This document shows positions 43,617 through 55,994 of a DNA stretch of 64,000 nt, piece by piece (position 1 is the first letter of the stretch; every line of letters begins with the position of its first letter). A model generated the notes under the pieces. The model was not told the origin of the DNA. It made no database searches and worked only from the letters and a program-made list of their open reading frames with translations. A program made the translations under genes and the position numbers. Source of the DNA: Candidatus Atelocyanobacterium thalassae. Lineage in GTDB: Bacteria > Cyanobacteriota > Cyanobacteriia > Cyanobacteriales > Microcystaceae. The stretch is from the NCBI GenBank assembly GCA_051971635.1, contig JBFPLN010000001.1, positions 288,001-352,000 of the forward strand, in the 5' to 3' direction.

Positions 43617-46058
43617 TCAGTCTATTAGATTTGAAACTTTGCTAAAGGTTGTTTCTTGAAGTTGGTAATAAATACTCCATATAGCCATGGCCCTCAAATA
43701 ATGAGATGCCCTAAAAGTTCCCACTGGTGTAATTGCCTCTGGTGTTCGAAATTGAAGTCCATTTAAATATATTTGGTCAACCACAACTTTCGTTAATTTT
43801 AAAGCCTTATCTTTCATTCCCATTTGTATTAAGAAAGCTGATAGTCCAAAGTTTATTCCTATCCAGACTTCTTGAGGATGAGTAGAATTAGGATTCTCTG
43901 GTGTACCGTCAGGTTTCACGCCATTAGCAGCCCCATACTTTCCATTATGGAAATTTAAAAAACAAGCTTCATAAATTTTTGATAAAGCTAATGTTATATA
44001 GGAGGTCTCTACTACGTCAGGTAACTTTAACAGACGTGCATAAAATTGACCGCAAAGCTGATCTGTCATAACTGTATCAGATCCACTTTTACTGTCTAAT
44101 TGATAGTACTCTCCGTTCCATAAAGTTTGATGATAGATTGAACGAGCTTTCTTTAACCAATCCTCATATTTAGTAAGACATTCCTGTATAAGAACTAAGG
44201 GATTCTGTAACTCTAGATTAGGATCATTTTTAATATTTTCTAGCAAAATTTTTCCTATCTTGATTGCAGCTTCTAGAGCAGTAATCCATAAAGCTCCACA
44301 ATAAGAACTAATTCCATATAATTCCCAATCATCAAAAGTTTGATCAGGTGCTCCTGAATTTTCTGGAATACCGTCATTATCCAAATCAAATTTTTTAAGA
44401 TAATCTAATGTTTCAACTATAGCTGGCCAACATTCCGATAAAAATTTGATATCTTGAGAATTTGTTAATACAAAATCTCTATAGACTTGTAGAACAAAAT
44501 CACTACCTAAATCTTTCCACAGATTACAATCTTGGTAGCTAGTATAGTTTGTTTCTTCCCAAGGATGTTCGTTTGGTGCACCTAAGTCATGTGGAACTGC
44601 ACCTTTGACTTTCCTAATTGCAAGAGACTTATTGTACCCAATAAGTCTTAAAGTATCATCACTTTTAAAGATTGATTTTGCGAATGTTTTAATAACTGCT
44701 TTTTCTAAGCACGGCCATAACATTAGTAATCCAAACGATCCATATAATCTGACATCTAAACTTTCATACCAGCGATAATCTATACACTCTAGAACCCCAA
44801 ACTTGCCAACTGGATAGTCTTCAGAGGCTGTTGTCCAAAGAGTTCCACCGTCAGTTAGCAGATATAACTCGTTTAATAAAGACATCTTAAACCAATCTGG
44901 TAAGTCTTTGTTTTTTAAAATAGGCAATTGATACTTAAGAATTTGTTCTCGCCATATATTTAAAGATCTTAATCCAGTTTCTGCTATTGTCCATGCATTT
45001 TTACCATCACGGCCAAAGAAATCAGTGTAACGCCTATAGTACTTATTTCCTAAAGAGAATTCTGTTATTGGTAAATCCCAGGCTATGATGAAAGGTATTT
45101 TTTTAGATTCTCCAGGCTTAAGAGTAAATTTAACTGCCATAGCAACAGCACTTTGCTCATCTGACTCAGCTATAGTTTCGTCTAATGTATTTGGCAATGT
45201 TCCATTCATAGAAAAGTGATCCCAAATTTCAGAACCATTTCCAGAAGGATTCCACTTGCCTAGATAAAAAAAATCCAGATCAGAATTATTAGTAGTGGTA
45301 AGACAAAATTGTCCCTCGCCTTCACTGATAGAGTTATTTAAATGCAAACGATCTAGAACAAAACCAACTTGAAAAGCGTTCTGTTTCCACTTATTAAAGT
45401 TTCCTTTACTAAGACCCCATTTTGATAAATATTCATATTCAGGACTACCATCATCTCTAACTTTAACTTTTGGAGTCTTAATTGAATTTGTAAACCATCC
45501 TATTATATTCTGCCAAGTTAACATAATACTTAAAGTAACGGAATGATTAGTAGGATTGAATACGTCCCACTCAAAAATACCTATAGGATAGCTAGTCTCT
45601 TGATAATTATTGGGGATTATAGGAGAAAATTGTTCACAGGTTATCTCTGCTTTAAATACTCCTTCATACTTATACCAACTACGAGGATACAGTGCATGAT
45701 AAGTACCTTTATTCTTTGGATACCAATTCCATCTAGAAAGGGTTCCATCTTCCGGCCTCTCTGTTGATAGTGCATAAGTTTTAGGTTCCTCATCTTCTGA
45801 CTTCTCAAAAATACTAAATTGACAAGATGAAATAGTCTTAAAGATATGTTCTCCACCATCTAAATGCCATAAGTTAAAATCTCCAGCAGAAGAACGTCCA
45901 ATACAACCTGCCCCAAAACCTCCTAATGGCATTCCATGCCAAGGACCATCGTCTAAGTTGCTATCATATCTCACAGTATACGGATTATCCCAATCTTGGC
46001 CAATAGAACGTTGCCAAGTACAGGAAGGAATATGGTTATCAGAAGATGAGGTTTCCAT
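43617..46058 (-). CDS. GH116 beta-glucosidase (GBA2-like)
   Basis: GMPLGGFGAG, VLECIDYRWY, PHDLG, WKDL, PDQTFDDW, FRTPEA, YLRAMAIW. Confidence 0.88.
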   Translation of the reverse strand: METSSSDNHIPSCTWQRSIGQDWDNPYTVRYDSNLDDGPWHGMPLGGFGAGCIGRSSAGDFNLWHLDGGEHIFKTISSCQFSIFEKSEDEEPKTYALSTERPEDGTLSRWNWYPKNKGTYHALYPRSWYKYEGVFKAEITCEQFSPIIPNNYQETSYPIGIFEWDVFNPTNHSVTLSIMLTWQNIIGWFTNSIKTPKVKVRDDGSPEYEYLSKWGLSKGNFNKWKQNAFQVGFVLDRLHLNNSISEGEGQFCLTTTNNSDLDFFYLGKWNPSGNGSEIWDHFSMNGTLPNTLDETIAESDEQSAVAMAVKFTLKPGESKKIPFIIAWDLPITEFSLGNKYYRRYTDFFGRDGKNAWTIAETGLRSLNIWREQILKYQLPILKNKDLPDWFKMSLLNELYLLTDGGTLWTTASEDYPVGKFGVLECIDYRWYESLDVRLYGSFGLLMLWPCLEKAVIKTFAKSIFKSDDTLRLIGYNKSLAIRKVKGAVPHDLGAPNEHPWEETNYTSYQDCNLWKDLGSDFVLQVYRDFVLTNSQDIKFLSECWPAIVETLDYLKKFDLDNDGIPENSGAPDQTFDDWELYGISSYCGALWITALEAAIKIGKILLENIKNDPNLELQNPLVLIQECLTKYEDWLKKARSIYHQTLWNGEYYQLDSKSGSDTVMTDQLCGQFYARLLKLPDVVETSYITLALSKIYEACFLNFHNGKYGAANGVKPDGTPENPNSTHPQEVWIGINFGLSAFLIQMGMKDKALKLTKVVVDQIYLNGLQFRTPEAITPVGTFRASHYLRAMAIWSIYYQLQETTFSKVSNLID

Positions 46059-46239
46059 AAAATTACATGATGAAAATATTAAATTAAGATTATTTTAAAC
46101 TTTAAAAAAATACAAAGACTATATCTAAACCTATTGATATTTTATCGCTTACATTAGAACTAATTCGTATCATAACTATTGAATTTATTTAAAAGTTACA
46201 TAAAATCACCATAAATAGTTAAATTAATCGATTAGTAAC

Positions 46240-47376
<1,137 letters not shown>

Positions 47377-47517
47377 CTAATGAATAACATAAGCGTTATT
47401 CATTGACCAAATAATTAACACGCTTATAAAACCAAGTACAAGGACGGCTGAAATAGCTACAACAATAGGTCTATCAGCCCCATCGAATTTCATAAGGCCG
47501 CGATTTAAGTCTGACAT
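47377..47517 (-). CDS. ndhQ: NDH-1L small subunit NdhQ (46 aa)
   Basis: Not in ORF track. MSDLNRGLMKFDGADRPIVVAISAVLVLGFISVLIIWSMNNAYVIH matches the NdhQ pattern NRGxMKFDGAD plus a single TM; GAAGG RBS. Confidence 0.8.
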   Translation of the reverse strand: MSDLNRGLMKFDGADRPIVVAISAVLVLGFISVLIIWSMNNAYVIH

Positions 47518-48006
47518 ATAGATTAACCTTCTAATAATTAATATAAAGTAACTAGTAATTAATATAAACTAAATTAACACGTATTAGCGGTGTAGGTTAA
47601 ATATACTTTAACTATCGAAAAGAATTAAAGAATGCTGATATTGATATATCTTTTACTTATCAATATTGCGGTACGAACAAAAAATATGAGAAGGTTACTA
47701 GATTTAAAGACTAAGAAATTAATTTCTCATATCAACATGTGTGAATAGTTGAAAATGCAAGAAATCTTACTAACTTTGATGTTTTAAAAAACACTATTGG
47801 ATGATTTTTTTAAACTTTAACCATATTTTTTAAAGCTTAAACATTTTACGAAAATAATTAATTTATTTTTATAAGGCTTCAGATTAGTGTTGAGAAATAC
47901 TAGAAGTTTAACTATTTTATTTAATCTGGTTACAATTATTCTTTGTCAGCAAAAACCTTTATCAAAAATATTTTTGGTTAAAGGTATTGCTAACATATTA
48001 ATCAAA

Positions 48007-48183
48007 TTACTCTTCTTCTTCAGTTTCTTCATCTTTGGGGTAGATAAAGCTATTAGAACGTCCTGAAAGTACTGATTTCCCTAAAGATAATGCTTTAGCA
48101 GCTTGCATGGCTGCAGTACGTTTCCAGTGTGCTTTACGATGGTCTCGTTTAGAATTAGAAGTTTTTTTCTTGGGGACTGCCAT
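48007..48183 (-). CDS. rpmF: 50S ribosomal protein L32 (58 aa)
   Basis: Not in ORF track. [22 protein letters not shown]...[17 protein letters not shown]. Confidence 0.95.
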   Translation of the reverse strand: MAVPKKKTSNSKRDHRKAHWKRTAAMQAAKALSLGKSVLSGRSNSFIYPKDEETEEEE

Positions 48184-48543
48184 TAGATTTGACTATAAAT
48201 TAGTAAACAGCTTATTTATCTTACTGTACATTAAAGTTTATTAGCCACTTTGACAATCAATTAGGTAAAAATCTTCCTGGTAAATTACAATGTAAAAGCC
48301 CTAAAAAATTATCCGGTTAGTCTATAGTCTAAATGATGCAATAAATAATTATCCAGTTAAATACAGTTTCAATAGCTATTTAACGGAAATATTAAAAATT
48401 AATAGAGACTATATTGTATGGAAATTTTTTATTTAAATCTTGACTAGATGTTGACTATATAGACAAGAATTTAACTTATAAGTATTTTATGTAAAGTACT
48501 TATAAATAATATAATAATGCTAAAAAAGATAAATATATTTATA

Positions 48544-50184
48544 CTATTTGATTGAATATTCTGATGATTCATAAGGTTTTAATAAAGATTCTGCTTGATA
48601 AAAATAAAAAGTCTCAACAACTACTCCTCCTCTTCGTATATCAACTTTACCAATTTCACTCATCTTTTTAAAAAAAGAACGAAATTCATTAGTCAAATCA
48701 GGCATCTCATGAAATCGTTCTAATGTAACGTAAAGAGCATCTTTCTTTACTAATTGATTCATATCTGTCCAAAAAATAAAGCCTCTTCTATCATAACTGA
48801 AGCAAGTGACAGGAATAGAATATATAGGTTTTAAAGCAAGGTCAATCAATCCGCTTAAATAATAAGCGTTTGTAAATATGAAATCAGCATTTTGTAAAGC
48901 ACTTAACAATACAGGTGAATCAGAAACACCTTGTCTTAGTTGTTTGATATTGATAAGTTCTGTAGAAGGATCAGTCTTTGAATTCAAAAATCCTCCTAAA
49001 ATACTATATCTACTCTCTTGCAAGAGAAATCCCGTATTTATATGGGCTAATATTAATAGTAGACAGCAGCTAATTGAAATTATGTTGATTTTTAACCATT
49101 TCTCTATTATTTTTTTTGAATTATTTTGCCATTTCTCAGCATAGAAACCCAGAAGCAATATAAGTCCCCAAAATCCAGGCATTGGCCAAGTTGCTAAAAT
49201 TTGTTCTTTTCCTCCTAAAATATTTAGACTTAAAATTAGGGGTAGAGATACCCAAAGTATAAACAACTTTTTTTTCCATAAATACTTTTCATCTTCTGTT
49301 TCAGTTTTATTACTTATGAATGCAGATAGTTTGGTAAATATTGTTTTTATAGTTACCCACCATAAAGGAATACCGATAGTCGGAAACAATAGACCTATAT
49401 TAGTTAAAAATATTATAAAAGCACTAGATATACTATAAGGTTTAGATACGGGCGAAAATCTTCCAAAAAGTTGGAATTTTAATGATATCCAGTCGTGTTG
49501 ATAGTTCCAAAATATCAATGGAAACAACACTGTAACGAAAGAAATAAATCCCAATAAGCACCATTTAGAAAATATAGCACGACGATAATCTTTACTACTT
49601 AGACAAAATGTAAATAGACAAAAACCTAATACAAAACCATGATATTTACTTAGGCATGTTAATCCAATTAAAATTCCTAAAATACTTAAACGATAGGTGG
49701 GGAGATAATTTATATTGTTCTTAGGGAAAAATTCACAGGTAGAACAGTATAGAGAGGCAGACCAAAAAAATATTAGAGGACTATCAGGTAATGTTATTGT
49801 TCCAAATCCAATTTGAAAAATTGGAATAACCGAAGCAAGAATTAAGGTTATTTTGGCTGCTCTCCAATTAAACAATTTCATACTAGTCAAATATAGTAAT
49901 GAAAGACTTCCTGTGTATAAAAGTAATGTTCCAACTCGAAGAGTCAACGGAGAAGCAATACCCGTAAGCCAAATACCAAAGCCAGTTGTTAAAGCTACAA
50001 AAACAGGATGATCGAAAAAGCTCCAATCCAAGTTTTGAGTATAGAGATAATAATATCCTTCGTCATAACCAGGAAATAACCAGAAAGCGATAATTGAACG
50101 AAAAAGTAACCCAAAAAGTAAAATATAAAAAATTGATAACTGATGGTTTGAAGAAATATTTTTTTTATACAAAATATAAATCAA
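48544..50184 (-). CDS. GT-C fold glycosyltransferase (ArnT/PMT, GT39/83-like)
   Basis: DEGYY, FFDHP, LPDSPL, LSKY; many TM helices. Confidence 0.85.
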   Translation of the reverse strand: MIYILYKKNISSNHQLSIFYILLFGLLFRSIIAFWLFPGYDEGYYYLYTQNLDWSFFDHPVFVALTTGFGIWLTGIASPLTLRVGTLLLYTGSLSLLYLTSMKLFNWRAAKITLILASVIPIFQIGFGTITLPDSPLIFFWSASLYCSTCEFFPKNNINYLPTYRLSILGILIGLTCLSKYHGFVLGFCLFTFCLSSKDYRRAIFSKWCLLGFISFVTVLFPLIFWNYQHDWISLKFQLFGRFSPVSKPYSISSAFIIFLTNIGLLFPTIGIPLWWVTIKTIFTKLSAFISNKTETEDEKYLWKKKLFILWVSLPLILSLNILGGKEQILATWPMPGFWGLILLLGFYAEKWQNNSKKIIEKWLKINIISISCCLLLILAHINTGFLLQESRYSILGGFLNSKTDPSTELINIKQLRQGVSDSPVLLSALQNADFIFTNAYYLSGLIDLALKPIYSIPVTCFSYDRRGFIFWTDMNQLVKKDALYVTLERFHEMPDLTNEFRSFFKKMSEIGKVDIRRGGVVVETFYFYQAESLLKPYESSEYSIK

Positions 50185-50525
50185 TAAATATTTTATTAAT
50201 TGTGTAGAGTAGATAGTGTAACATTCTTTATATTATTTCTGTAAACCCTCATTTACGAAAGTTTCTACGAGACCATTATTAGTAGATAAAAGCATTATTA
50301 AAATAATTTCACGAATCAAATATTAGTTTCTTATTTAAGAATAGTATTTACTATTAAAAATATATTAAAACTACAGTTTTATAAACCTTGTGAAATGATA
50401 GTTTTGGGTAAATCTTTAAGGCAGAGTCATAACTTCATTATAAAAAATGTTCTAATATCTTAGATTTTAGGAATGTTTTCCAGTACGATGGAATAGATAT
50501 ATCTATCTAGTTCAGGGAAAATATT

Positions 50526-50642
50526 ATGATTGAACCCTTACTTATGGGCATTGTACTAGGACTTATTCCAATTACTTTATCTGGATTATTTGTCTCTGCA
50601 TATTTACAATATAAACGTAGCAACCAACTTAACCTGGATTAA
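50526..50642 (+). CDS. petG: Cytochrome b6f subunit V (38 aa)
   Basis: Not in ORF track. [38 protein letters not shown]. Confidence 0.95.
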   Translation: MIEPLLMGIVLGLIPITLSGLFVSAYLQYKRSNQLNLD

Positions 50643-50664
50643 GGCTATACGTACATGATTAGAC

Positions 50665-50692
50665 GAGACCCTATTGTTAGTGATAGGGTCTC
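50665..50692 (+). terminator. Hairpin after petG
   Basis: GAGACCCTAT / ATAGGGTCTC perfect stem. Confidence 0.6.
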
Positions 50693-50756
50693 CAAAATTT
50701 TGATCATGTTCTACTGATTAGACTCAGGTTAAATATATAAATATAATGTCTACATA

Positions 50757-52235
50757 ATGTCTACCAAAAATACTTTTCAAAATTCAAATTCTCAGTCTAT
50801 AAAATTGTTACCTAAGATCGGATTACTAACAATGTTCCGATTAGGTTTATTTCAAATGGGTTTAGGGATTATGTCCTTACTAACTTTAGGTGTCATAAAC
50901 CGAGTCATGATTGATGAGTTAAAAGTTATTCCTTGGGTTGCGGCCGTAGCGATTGCTATGTACCAATTTGTGAGTCCTGCAAAAATTTGGTTTGGACAGA
51001 TGTCAGACGCAAAACCAATAAGAGGATATCATAGAACAATTTATATATGGATTGGAGCAGTTTTTTTTACAAGTCTTTCTTATGTAGCACTTCAAGTAAC
51101 CTGGAAACTTGGTCAAAGTATACAAAATACAGGTTGGAGCTGGACAAGTGATGTATGGGCTATTGTTTTAGGGTTAGTTTTCGCTTGTTATGGGTTAGCT
51201 CTTAGCATGAGTTCAACTCCTTTCGCTGCATTGTTAGTTGATGTTTCTGATGATGATGACAGATCTCAATTGATAGGTATAGTATGGTCAATGTTGATGA
51301 TAGGTATAGTAATTGGAGCAATTATAAGCTCACAACTACTAAATACTCCTGAAATCTGTGGACCTGAAATCATGACATACGATCCAAATCAAGGTTCTAA
51401 GGTAGTTGATATAAATATTTTACGAAATACTGTTAATCCTGTTTTTATTTTAATGCCAATGATCGTTTTAGGACTTTCTTTTATATCTACATGGGGAATA
51501 GAATCAAATTATTCCAGATTTTCTACACGTTCAAATTATAAGAAAAGAGAAGATCAAATTACTTTAAAAGAGTCTTTAAAAGTTTTAACGGCAAGTCGCC
51601 AAACCTTCGTATTTTTCAGTTTTATCCTCATACTGACTCTTAGCTTATTTATGCAAGACACTGTCATGGAACCTTATGGAGGTGAAGTGTTTGGAATGTG
51701 TATTTCTGAGACGACTAAGTTAAATGCTTTCTTTGGAATTGGTACTCTTTTTGGTATAGGATTAACAGGCTTTTTAATATTACCAAAATTAGGCAAGAAA
51801 CAAACTACCAAAATAGGTTGTTTGTTTTCAATAATATGTTTCATCCTCATAATCTTTTCTGGTTTTATGGAAAGTAGAGATATGTTAAAAGTTGGACTAC
51901 TTTTATTAGGATTAGCATCAGGAACAATAACAGCAGGAGCAACCAGCTTAATGTTAGATTTAACAGTTGCAGAAACTGCAGGTACTTTTATCGGAGCCTG
52001 GGGTTTGTCTCAAGCAATGGCTAGGGGCTTTTCAACCGTATTAGGAGGAGTTGTTTTGTATCTTGGAAAATCAATATTTTCAGTTCCAGTTTTTTCTTAT
52101 AGTCTCGTATTTTTAATGCAAAGTATAGGTATGTTGTTTGCTATCCATATCTTGAAATATGTCAGTATAAAAGAGTTTAAAAATGATGCAAAATCTGCAA
52201 TTTCTGTTGTCATGGAAGGAGATCTAGAAAGTTAA
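50757..52235 (+). CDS. PucC/BCD-family MFS transporter
   Basis: RLGLFQ, LTLGVINRVMI, WFGQMSD, MEPYGGEVF, AGTFIGAWGLSQA. Confidence 0.88.
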   Translation: MSTKNTFQNSNSQSIKLLPKIGLLTMFRLGLFQMGLGIMSLLTLGVINRVMIDELKVIPWVAAVAIAMYQFVSPAKIWFGQMSDAKPIRGYHRTIYIWIGAVFFTSLSYVALQVTWKLGQSIQNTGWSWTSDVWAIVLGLVFACYGLALSMSSTPFAALLVDVSDDDDRSQLIGIVWSMLMIGIVIGAIISSQLLNTPEICGPEIMTYDPNQGSKVVDINILRNTVNPVFILMPMIVLGLSFISTWGIESNYSRFSTRSNYKKREDQITLKESLKVLTASRQTFVFFSFILILTLSLFMQDTVMEPYGGEVFGMCISETTKLNAFFGIGTLFGIGLTGFLILPKLGKKQTTKIGCLFSIICFILIIFSGFMESRDMLKVGLLLLGLASGTITAGATSLMLDLTVAETAGTFIGAWGLSQAMARGFSTVLGGVVLYLGKSIFSVPVFSYSLVFLMQSIGMLFAIHILKYVSIKEFKNDAKSAISVVMEGDLES

Positions 52236-52679
52236 TCTGACATCTTAATTTACAATGTGATACATAGTAAAAAAATAATTATGAAAATCTTATTTTTACT
52301 TATAATTTGTTAAAAATTCATTTTAAATATAGAAAACTATCTATACTCTTTTATATTTTTTTAATGATCAATAACATACTTAATAGTTTTTACGATTGAA
52401 TTATTATTCAACTTAATTTTTCTTCAATTATTGGATAAATTCGAAAAGCATTCATTATAGTACTTTGAAATAAGTAAAACTATTTTCGGAATATGAGATT
52501 TAAAAGCTTCTTTGGCAAAGTTATAATTTAGAACAAGGTGATTATTAACATTATGAATAAGTAAAAAACGAAGGATGTTAGCTTTAAAAATTTTAACTGT
52601 TGTAAATATAGTTATAGCCAAAAGTTTGTACTGTAAGATTAGAATTTTTCAATTTTGATATATGCAGTAGAATTTATTT

Positions 52680-53918
52680 TTATCCTCCTATACCTATTTT
52701 GGCTGCTAATAAAGGATTTAGGGGTATCAATGCTAGTAACATTATTAACATTGATATTAAAGCCCATATTGCACGAATATCATCAGGTTCAGTTAGTTCG
52801 TTAAGACTTAATTCTTCGACATCTCTTTGTAAAAATAAAATAACCATAATCCAATATAAAGGTATGGGATTGGTAGGATTAAGTATAGTTACAATTCCCA
52901 ATATTGTTAAAGTAATAATGCTAGATTTTTTTGCGGTTTCTCTTCCATAGATAGCCTGAATAATTCTTCCGCCATCTAGTTGACCCACAGGCATTAAATT
53001 TAATGCAGTAATTACTAATCCTATCCATCCAACGACAACTAAAGGATTAATAGCAATTATTGAATTGTTTAACTGTTCACCTAAAATAACTTTTGCAAAA
53101 ATACCAATCAAAATTGATTTTTGAAATGATTGAGTAGCTACCTGAAATAGGCTACCAGGATGGGATAAAGCCAATCCTGATATTAAAAATAGAATAGAAA
53201 TAATGCCACCGAAAGCTGGCCCAGCAAAAGATATATCAAAAAGAGTTTTTCTATTTGGTATTAAAGATTGAAAACGTGTAATTGCTCCAAAAGAACTAAT
53301 TTCCCAAATAGGTAAAAAGAATGGCCAAGTTAGTTTAATATCATAAAAATTAGCTACTAAAAGATGACCAATTTCATGAAAAACTAAAATTATCCATAAA
53401 GCTAAAGTAATCGGAACTATTTCTTTATATCTATCCCAATTACTAAAAAGATCAAAACCAAGTAAAGCACTAGTTTTTTCTAAGCTAGTAACAATAGTCG
53501 CTATAAAAAGAACTATGGCTAGATTTTTTTGTAAAATAGTCATAGTTTTACGATCATCAATATTAGGAATTATTATAACTATTGGCTTTTCCTCATCCCC
53601 TTCTACCAAGAATAAAGAGTATTTTTCATGAAAGTGTTCTTGTAATTTATTAGAAATAAATTTATGTGTTGTTTCAGGATCTCCCCTCAAATTTCCTTTA
53701 AAAAGTACACCATTTTTATATGGAATAGTTTCTGTTGAAAAAAAAGTATCAATGCTAAATATAGTTTCGATAGTTTGTAGATCTTGGTCAAAAGTTGAAG
53801 GGATACTTTTCTCCTCAGTGTCTTTACTAATATTGGCCCGATTTTTTATTAAAATCACAAGTCCTATTATTGTCGAAAGAACAAAGAGGATTAATGCTTT
53901 GTCAGATAAAGTAAACAT
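52680..53918 (-). CDS. Site-2 protease, peptidase M50 (EGY-like)
   Basis: GNLRG, HEIGH, AGP, NLMPVGQLDGG. Confidence 0.88.
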   Translation of the reverse strand: MFTLSDKALILFVLSTIIGLVILIKNRANISKDTEEKSIPSTFDQDLQTIETIFSIDTFFSTETIPYKNGVLFKGNLRGDPETTHKFISNKLQEHFHEKYSLFLVEGDEEKPIVIIIPNIDDRKTMTILQKNLAIVLFIATIVTSLEKTSALLGFDLFSNWDRYKEIVPITLALWIILVFHEIGHLLVANFYDIKLTWPFFLPIWEISSFGAITRFQSLIPNRKTLFDISFAGPAFGGIISILFLISGLALSHPGSLFQVATQSFQKSILIGIFAKVILGEQLNNSIIAINPLVVVGWIGLVITALNLMPVGQLDGGRIIQAIYGRETAKKSSIITLTILGIVTILNPTNPIPLYWIMVILFLQRDVEELSLNELTEPDDIRAIWALISMLIMLLALIPLNPLLAAKIGIGG

Positions 53919-53980
53919 GGTTTTTTATTCTTTTATAATTATTCTACTGAAAATAAAGAAAGTAATACATTTATCTTGTT

Positions 53981-54910
53981 CTATTTATTCATTTTTAATT
54001 TATTGCAAAAACTGAGTGCAGATTTGAGATTACCTTGATAAGAATCTAAAAGAGGTTGACCATCTTTTGGATTAATACCTGTCCAATGATTTAATAGTGC
54101 TAATTTTACTTGTTTATTATTACTTTCTAATAATAAAGTTGCATCCTGACGGTTCAAATTAGCTAGTTCTTGTAAGATACGCAATGCACGATCATAAAGT
54201 TTTGAATTTGTTATTGCAACATCGATCATTCGATTTTCGTAAACTTTCCCTAACTTTACCATTACTCCAGTTGATATGATATTTAGTGCCATTTTAGTTG
54301 CCGTTCCTGCCTTCAAACGAGTAGATCCTGCCAGTATTTCAGGACCTGTTAATAATCTAATATTGATATCAACGTTTATTGGGACTTGCTCTATGGGGAC
54401 ACAACTAATAGCAACTGTAGTTGATAATTCTTTTTTTGCAGCATTTAAAGCTCCATGAACAAAAGGAGTTGTTCCTCCAGCACTAATTCCTACTACTATA
54501 TCTTTATTTGTTATGTTTCTTTGAATTATCTCTTCTTCTCCATCTTGAAAACTATCTTCTAAATTTTCTGAGCTTTTTGTTAAGGCAGAATTTCCACCTG
54601 CTATGATACCTTGTACTAACTCTGGACTAGTGCAAAAAGTTGGAGGACATTCTGCTGCATCTAGGACTCCTAATCTACCGCTTGTTCCCGCTCCAATATA
54701 GAATAACCTTCCTCCATTTTTTAGTGCTTGGCTAATAACTTCAATAGATTTAGCTAATTCTAGTCGTGCTCTCTTAATAGCTTTAACTGTATTAATGTCT
54801 TCTTTATTAAAAAGATCAACCAATTCAATAGAAGTTAGTTGATCTAAATTTTTACTCTCAGAATTGATCTGTTCAGTTAGAAGGTATCCTCTTTCTTTTA
54901 TATGTTTCAT
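53981..54910 (-). CDS. murQ: N-acetylmuramic acid 6-phosphate etherase
   Basis: GAGTSGRLGVLDAAECPPTF, GPEILAGSTRLKAGTATK. Confidence 0.95.
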   Translation of the reverse strand: MKHIKERGYLLTEQINSESKNLDQLTSIELVDLFNKEDINTVKAIKRARLELAKSIEVISQALKNGGRLFYIGAGTSGRLGVLDAAECPPTFCTSPELVQGIIAGGNSALTKSSENLEDSFQDGEEEIIQRNITNKDIVVGISAGGTTPFVHGALNAAKKELSTTVAISCVPIEQVPINVDINIRLLTGPEILAGSTRLKAGTATKMALNIISTGVMVKLGKVYENRMIDVAITNSKLYDRALRILQELANLNRQDATLLLESNNKQVKLALLNHWTGINPKDGQPLLDSYQGNLKSALSFCNKLKMNK

Positions 54911-54916
54911 AATAAG

Positions 54917-55309
54917 TTACAGTAATCCTTCTAGTTGACGACGAATTGTATCTAGCTCTTCAATAGACATTTGTATTTCATCTCTATTCTTATTGGTGGT
55001 CTCTTCGAGATCTTTTTCATTCTTCCATGAAAACCTTTCTACATTTTTTTCGGGCGGAATAGCAAGCTCTTCATTTGAAATGATTTCCCAATCATAATCA
55101 GCTTGCTTACAGAATTCTTTAATTTCATCTGAGTCAAAAGATTCAATTGTTGGTACTGGAAAATCTTGGGCTTCTAGAAGTAAAGAATAGCGCATAGCAT
55201 CATCTTCAGACTCAAACATTAATATTTTATTGCGATCGCCTATCTGTACTGTATGAATAGCTTCATTTTCAGTACGAACATTAAAAAGTAAGGCATATAT
55301 CTTACTCAT
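54917..55309 (-). CDS. DUF3110 family protein
   Basis: FESEDDAMRY, LLEAQDFP, IPPEKNV, IRRQLEGLL. Confidence 0.8.
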   Translation of the reverse strand: MSKIYALLFNVRTENEAIHTVQIGDRNKILMFESEDDAMRYSLLLEAQDFPVPTIESFDSDEIKEFCKQADYDWEIISNEELAIPPEKNVERFSWKNEKDLEETTNKNRDEIQMSIEELDTIRRQLEGLL

Positions 55310-55871
55310 TATTTTTCTCCTTAACTATATAGCAACAATATTATTTAAATATTTTAATTTAAAAACTTTTAACTGGTATTAGTTACATAGAATGAATATT
55401 AATAACGGCATAAATGAGCCCATAAATAATAACTTTTTATATTACAAATTAATTTAATCGTATTGTAATCTGTATTAAGTTAGTTATTTTTAAATATATA
55501 TATTTTATTCTTTAAGTGAAAGGATATTTTACTTGTAACAGAAAACTCGTATTGGTATAGAATAAGTTATCCTAATAAAGTTTATATTTTTCAGGCCAAT
55601 TTGAAATAATCTCAAGAGACTATATTTGGCTAAAGATTAAACATACTTTAAACATAAAATTACTTTTGCATTGTATTTATTCGTAAAAATATAATATCAA
55701 AAAGAATAACTATTAAATTACTCATATATATTTAAAATAGATTTATTATTTTGTGAAAGTAAGCTGTTAGTAGGTTCTTCAATTATAAAGTAATAATATA
55801 ATTGTCAACTTTGAACAGATTTGTTAAGTCACTACAAGTATATTTGTAAGTAAGGTATATAGGCAGAGAGA

Positions 55872-55994
55872 ACGCTTTGAAAGCCATCAAGTGTGGTGTG
55901 AGGTAGTTAAAGTCCCTTGAACTAATTTAGTTTAGGGCAAATTAAACAAAATATAGCAGTTTATTTTTAGCACTGCTCCTTACACTTTTTGGAG
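55872..55994 (+). promoter_or_regulatory. Structured 5' leader of the COP23-domain gene
   Basis: Three hairpins plus long-range GTGTGAGG (55896-55903) / CCTTACAC (55978-55985) pairing just before the GGAG RBS. Confidence 0.55.

Noticed and set aside
52424..52621. 65-aa intergenic ORF on the minus strand
   Set aside because: TTG start, no RBS, low-complexity AT-driven composition, no motif
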